Assembly: GCF_009834535.1 (NCBI RefSeq) | Contig: NC_045697.1 | Location: forward strand, 38,938,001-39,002,000 | DNA: 64,000 nt | Source: Camelus ferus | Taxonomy: Eukaryota | Reading direction: 5' to 3' | In this document: positions 58,855 through 64,000 of the stretch, piece by piece | Layout of the letters: every line of letters starts with the position of its first letter | Position numbering within the stretch: position 1 is the first letter of the stretch | Translations under genes and position numbers: made by a program | The notes under the pieces: generated by a model | Database searches by the model: none | What the model was told of the DNA's origin: nothing | What the model saw: the letters and a program-made list of their open reading frames with translations, nothing else

Positions 58855-59320
58855 GACTTCATCTCATTGCTCGTCTCCTTCCCTCCTCCACCTCCTGTGT
58901 AAGTGCGGCTTCCCTGCCCCTGGATTTGCCTCATGCGGCTCCCACTCCTGGGGTTCGCCTGTGCTGTGCCCGCCACCCGTAATGGCGCCTCCCGGCATCG
59001 CTGCCTATCGAAGCCCCACCGGTTCTTGTGAACCACTGTAAAGGGAACCACTTTGTGCCAGCTTTTCATTAAAGCTCCAGGCCAGTGAGGGCTCTTCCTT
59101 TCCTCTGAACTCCGTTTCCATAGCAATTCTAAAATGGACGAATGATTGGCCGTTAGCCATTTTATAAGATTAATTCTGTTATTATCTGATATGTAAACGT
59201 ATTTTTATTTAATTTTTATACTGGTTAATTTCCTACTTCACAGATGAAATTGTAGCCTATCAAGAGCTGGGGATTATGTGTGTGTCCCTCCAATAGAAGG
59301 TCAGTAAATATCCGTTGATT
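58855..59320 (+). mobile_element. Degenerate L2 3' region
   Basis: ttcgcctgtgctgtgccc, ctcttcctttcctctgaactcc, tail tcagtaaatatccgttgatt. Confidence 0.5.
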
Positions 59321-59519
59321 TCTACTGTACTAACCAGTTATCTTCAATCCCACAGACCCAGTAATTATATTTTCCCTTCTTTTCTTTCTTTTTTTGTATA
59401 AAGCCTGAGACAGTGCTTTTACAACAGTCAGGTTTTAATTTATGTTTTGATTGAGATATAATTGACATACTATATTAATTTTATATTTTCTTTTTAAAGA
59501 TACCATTTCCTATCAAAAT

Positions 59520-59630
59520 GGTTGCAATGATTTTAAACTCTTGACCGAGATGGGCCGGTCCTGGGAAGCGGGATCTTCAGTTTTAAAACTAGGAAATTCT
59601 CGTGCAAACTAGAATAAGTTGGCTACTCTG
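59520..59630. mobile_element. MER81/MER94-type hAT-Blackjack fragment
   Basis: cctgggaagcgggatcttcagttttaaaactaggaaattctcgtgcaaactagaataagttggctactct. Confidence 0.6.
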
Positions 59631-60149
59631 CTTCTACGAGTTATTGCCACATCAAATTCACCTGGTGCTCCACCCAGGGTTTCAACTGCAGAAACTGTGG
59701 AATAGTTGCCCAATCCTATTTTCACACAAATTGCTCCTGCCCCCTATGAAGTTGAAGCAGGTGGTCTCCTAAATGAGTTTCACTATCATTTAAATTTTAT
59801 AGGAAGAGTTTTTGAAAACGATTTGTGGTAATTGTATGTTAGTATATGGGTGGTTGTTTTCATAGCAGCAGCCATTAAAGGAAGATTAAAAAACTTGCTG
59901 GATTTCCTCCAGTGTGGTTCCTCAGGGGGAAGCGATATGTGCTAAGCACAGGCAGTCCAGACCCTGGAGAGTTTACCGTATTCCGTCTTGCAGCAAGAAA
60001 GTCCAGCACTTCACGCATATCTTCATTCTAGCATTTATTACATTGTATTATGTTTGCTTCTTTATGTCCCAGTACTGTGAGCTTCTAAAAGATGTGGACA
60101 GGTGTATTTATGACAATATTTATAAAACACATATAAATAATATAACAGA

Positions 60150-60350
60150 TAGTGTTCTCTGTTTTTACAAATATTAACTCTTCATTCTCATATCTCTCTT
60201 ATCAGACAGTTGCAATTTTTATTTCCATTTTATAGATGAGAAAACTGAGGCATTAAGTGGTTAAGTAGTTGTTATCAAGCTAATTAGTAACCAAGTTGGG
60301 ATTTGAATCCAGGCAAGATGGCTCCAGGATGTGCTTCAACCATGACACAA
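60150..60350 (-). mobile_element. MIR SINE inserted in an L2 tail (L2 pieces ~60020-60095 and 60360-60445, +)
   Basis: tccattttatagatgagaaaactgaggc...gggatttgaatccaggc; L2 tail tgtatccacagcacctagc...cctggcataagactcaatgaacatat. Confidence 0.8.
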
Positions 60351-61018
60351 TCCTTTCTAGTCCTTATTTATTGTTGTATCCACAGCACCTAGCCTCATTC
60401 CTGGCATAAGACTCAATGAACATATATTAAAGAATGAGTAAATGAACAGCTCTCATATGTAAGACAATCATACGTCCAGGATATTGTTAAGAGTTCTAAT
60501 TTTGAACATTCTGCCATATTTTCAAAATGTGTTTAAACCATGCATCAGAAAATGCATGTAGATTTGGGGGTCAGACACTGTGGCAGTTTCCATAAGATTA
60601 TGAATTTCATTTACTCTGATTCTATGTTCAAACTGATATTCTTGGTCCAAAAACTCATAGTGCCAGGAATGAGTTGCCCTAAGCTTCAAGTACCAGATAT
60701 TGGAGAAATATCAAGTGTTCTTGGTTCTTATTCACTGTGATCAATTTTAAAGCTGGGACAGTCCTGAAAATATTGTTTAAAAATGATTTTGGAAGGGTTT
60801 GAGTCAAACAAAGGATTTGAGGGAGGATATAAGAAGGAGACTTCTTAGATCTGTTATTATTAGATGTAAAACCCTTGGAAAATATTAGAAGGTCTGGTTG
60901 GCCAGGAATGCACTTTGTTAAGATACTGTCTTGTAAAAGGGGCTACTGTCTCATGTTATAATCTGATCTCCAGAATATTTTCAGCTAAGGACTCCCAGGT
61001 CCAGAAGATTATCTGCAC

Positions 61019-61205
61019 CAGTGATTCTGAAAGTGTGGTCCCTAACTAGCAGCATCAGCATCTCCAAGGAACTAACTAGAAACACAGATTCTTGAGCCCA
61101 TCCTAGACCTACAGAATCAGAAATTCTGGTAGTGAGGTCCAGCAACCTTTGTTTTAATATGCCCTCCAGATGATTGTGATGCAGGTCGGAGTTTAAGAAT
61201 CACAG
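61019..61205. mobile_element. MER5A-type hAT-Charlie element
   Basis: cagtgattctgaaagtgtggtccc...agcagcatcagcatc...cagattcttgagccc...gaatcagaaattctgg...gtttaagaatcacag. Confidence 0.9.
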
Positions 61206-62113
61206 ACTACAATAACTAAATTTGATTTCTTTGTAACTTTATTCTTTATTCTATAAAAAAGAGAGATAATTGGAGAACAAATGAACTGGTCTTTGAAGTG
61301 ACCCAAACACAGAATTGTTGAATCAGTAACTTGAACAAACATATATACACTCATGTGACAAGTGTGACCCAAGTTTCAAAAATCCCCATGGGGTTGAGGG
61401 GGTGTTTGAATCACCTTTAATCAGAGCCTGCAGCAAAATCCTTCCTTCTGTTTCAATGGACTGTATTACTTCATGCCACCCCACCAAGGGGAAGAGGGTT
61501 CCCAAGACAGAGCTGGTGGCGCTTGGTAACATGATTCTTTCTTTTCTTTCCTTTGTACCATGATCTCCTCTTCCCAAGAACACGTGCTATCTCTGAAGGA
61601 GCTGGAAGCTAAGGTTGAGACCAGCCACCCCTAAAACACTGCTTCCTTGGGACAGTGTCAAGCCCCGATGCTCAGTCTAGCTGGCTCTACTAGAAGGTCC
61701 TGCTTTCTCTCCTTTCAGTCTTTTCCCCGAGGGTCACAGTCCATACGTTCAGTTTCTACACGTCTGAACTGCAACTCTAGTGGGTTCCACTTCTTTCCCA
61801 CAGGGTCTCTGGACCCCATGCCAAGTGAAGAGTGTGTTTGGACATCTATGTGAGTCTATATCCCTGAGTGTGGCAAAATGGTTAAAAAGCTCGCAGAATA
61901 TTCTCTAGTAGTCAGGACTGACTTGTCTAAACTTCATAGAGGTCTTGTACAGGACAGTGTTGCTTTGACTGACCTGACCTAAATGATCTGTCAGACATAT
62001 ACATCCATCCATCCGTCTATCTATCCATTCATCCATCCAAAAACACATATAGATATATGCAAATCCAGGTGCTTTAAGTACTTTCAGGAATAAAGCAAAA
62101 TATTTTTAAAAAT

Positions 62114-62172
62114 ACACATATATGGGTGTGTCTGAGAATGACACACCCATATATGTGTGTGTCATTCTCAGA
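62114..62172. repeat. Two interlocked inverted repeats
   Basis: 62114-62132 pairs perfectly with 62140-62158 (19 bp); 62131-62146 pairs perfectly with 62157-62172 (16 bp). Confidence 0.95.
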
Positions 62173-63143
62173 AAAAACACAAATACTGTAAAATATGTTT
62201 TAAAAATATGATACTTCTATACTATAAAATATGACTACTTATCACTAAAGAATAAACAAAACCTTAGTTAGGTGAAGCTAGTGTAAATATTTCTTCTACC
62301 TTGGTCCCGTATAAACCCAACCCACCCTCAATTTTCTGTTAACTAAGTCTGTATTTTTCGTTAGTACTCTTCTGTGGCTACATCAGCCTGTTTTGGAAGG
62401 AACAATTAAGACTTTTATGCTAGCCACCGAAAATTTTGTCTCTCTGCAATAGGTCAAATGTCAGACCAAGAACAGAATCAAATGCACCTTCACAGTCTTC
62501 ACTGCTTTTCTTGTTATTAACTAAGGGCTTCCTTCACTTTTGAGGTGCTTTCTGTCATGTGCCAGCTGCAGCTGCCGCTCTCTGAAAGAGACTTCTCTCT
62601 GTATGATTTTTGCTCTGCTTATAGTTACCAGGGTCATGGAGACTGACTTTTGGTAGGAAGAGAACAAATTCAAGGTAGTTTTTTAAGCAACACCACAGCA
62701 CCTGGCAAGTCTCCCCCAGCGTGCAGGAGACATTGACCTCATTGCTTTTTTCTGCGTGACACCATCAAACTCCCCTTGGCAGTAGCTGCTCAACATTTTT
62801 CCGTTTAACAACTTCAGGCTCACTCTGTGCGGCTTCACTTGGCGTAGGGATAGAGGAATATCTGTGTGGGCTGTTTGGAGACGGATAGGTATCCATTTTG
62901 GAAGGCCTGAAAATATTCCACTGTTGTCAAGGTTCCTAAAAGTATTATTTTGTAGATCAGACACCCTAATTTATTTCTGCCATTAAAGTCGTGTTGGGCC
63001 AAGAGCCTGGGGTGAAACTGTGATGTACAACAAGCTTGACCTTAATAGCTTCTCTCATGCCCTCATTATCCACAGTTTCCCTGCTCCTAGAACCCACCAG
63101 GCAAATATTGAATCAGCAACTCATTCGGTTTACACTGCTACCA

Positions 63144-63321
63144 CAGGGGTGCCAAATGGGCTTCAACTCCTGTGCCAACTTTGATTAGCCTGGATAGTCT
63201 GCCAGCAGCACTGTGTTGAGGATTCTAACTCCAGACTCCATGAGAAGGAGCCCTGTGATTAGTAACATCTGCCGGGGACTGGGAGTGTGCTGGGAGCCTT
63301 GCCTAGAATTTGCCTTCCCTG
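63144..63321. mobile_element. MER117-type hAT-Charlie element
   Basis: caggggtgccaaat...tgtgccaact...cactgtgttgaggattct...atttgccttccctg; TIRs cagggg/ccctg. Confidence 0.75.
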
Positions 63322-64000
63322 TGTGAAGAATTTAATATATTACCTTTCTATGGGATATTTGCACATTAAAAGAAGAAGGTGAAAGACAGCAGTGTATGGA
63401 AAGCCTGATGATAAATGGAGGTTCAGACATTTGTAGAAGGCCAGTGGGTATATATTTTGGGAAGACCATAGAAAGAGAGCAGAAGAAAGTGAAAGGAAGA
63501 TCTGTTTCAGAAGAGAATCAGGTTGAAAGTGGTGTGCAGGGAAGTTGCTAATCCTAACTTTACAAACTACCATCTTATGGACCTAATATTAACTCTAAAT
63601 TGCAATTAAATGTATAAATTGTGTCCAGGGTGCTTTGACTTACTTTGCTGCTAATATGGCTTTTATTTAACAACAACAACAACTTTCCAAGACTTTTTTT
63701 TACACCCATTGGTCTGTTGCTTATCTTATTCTCTGTCTGTGATATCAGCCAATAAGCCTGAGAGTGTGGGCTCAGAGAAGGCACTGATGGTACCATGTGT
63801 TGTTTTCCTGCTGGATCAAGCATACCCTTGGTGCTCAACAAACAATAAACCAGCCAAGTGCTGCCACCTACTTAGAAACCAACTTTTTTCCCTGACAGAG
63901 TCTAAGTAAGAAGCTCCTCAGTCAGCAGCACTGAAAACACTAAATTTTTTGATGCCTATCTTCTTTATGTTCCAAAATGCAGAACAATAGCCACCAAATC

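Noticed and set aside
61508..61525. CTCF-like site (agagctggtggcgct)
   Set aside because: Mismatches at key 5' core positions; unsupported without ChIP data.
62683..62964. 93-aa minus-strand ORF in unique sequence
   Set aside because: Non-ATG start and no recognisable domain.
1..64000. Prokaryotic-type or novel multi-gene system
   Set aside because: The sequence is repeat-rich mammalian DNA with no intact gene, operon or autonomous element.

Overview
Eukaryotic (mammalian) non-coding DNA, very probably from a camelid (alpaca/vicuna/llama/camel). It carries eight copies of a tRNA-Ala(AGC)-derived SINE that I recognise as camelid Vic-1 type, plus cetartiodactyl/camelid-type L1 3' ends. More than half of the window is decayed interspersed repeat: L1, L2, MIR, MaLR/ERVL/ERV1 solo LTRs and hAT DNA transposons, often nested several layers deep. 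Family names are recalled from consensus sequences, not from a database search, so subfamily labels and boundaries are approximate. I found no protein-coding exon, functional RNA gene or CRISPR array that I can support; the protein-like ORFs are L1 ORF2 relics or their antisense shadows. I cannot support a previously undescribed biological system here. The best leads are: (i) a possible + strand spliced non-coding transcript, with a strong exon at 41644-41752; (ii) a TSD-flanked internal L1 ORF2 fragment without 3'UTR or poly(A), suggesting internal priming; (iii) repeated re-use of the same L1 target sites; (iv) interlocked palindromes at 62114-62172 that look like a template-switch scar; (v) a CpG-rich patch in an ancient L2; (vi) candidate enhancer motif clusters; (vii) a weak TM + CxxC pseudogene-like signal at 54.5-54.8 kb.
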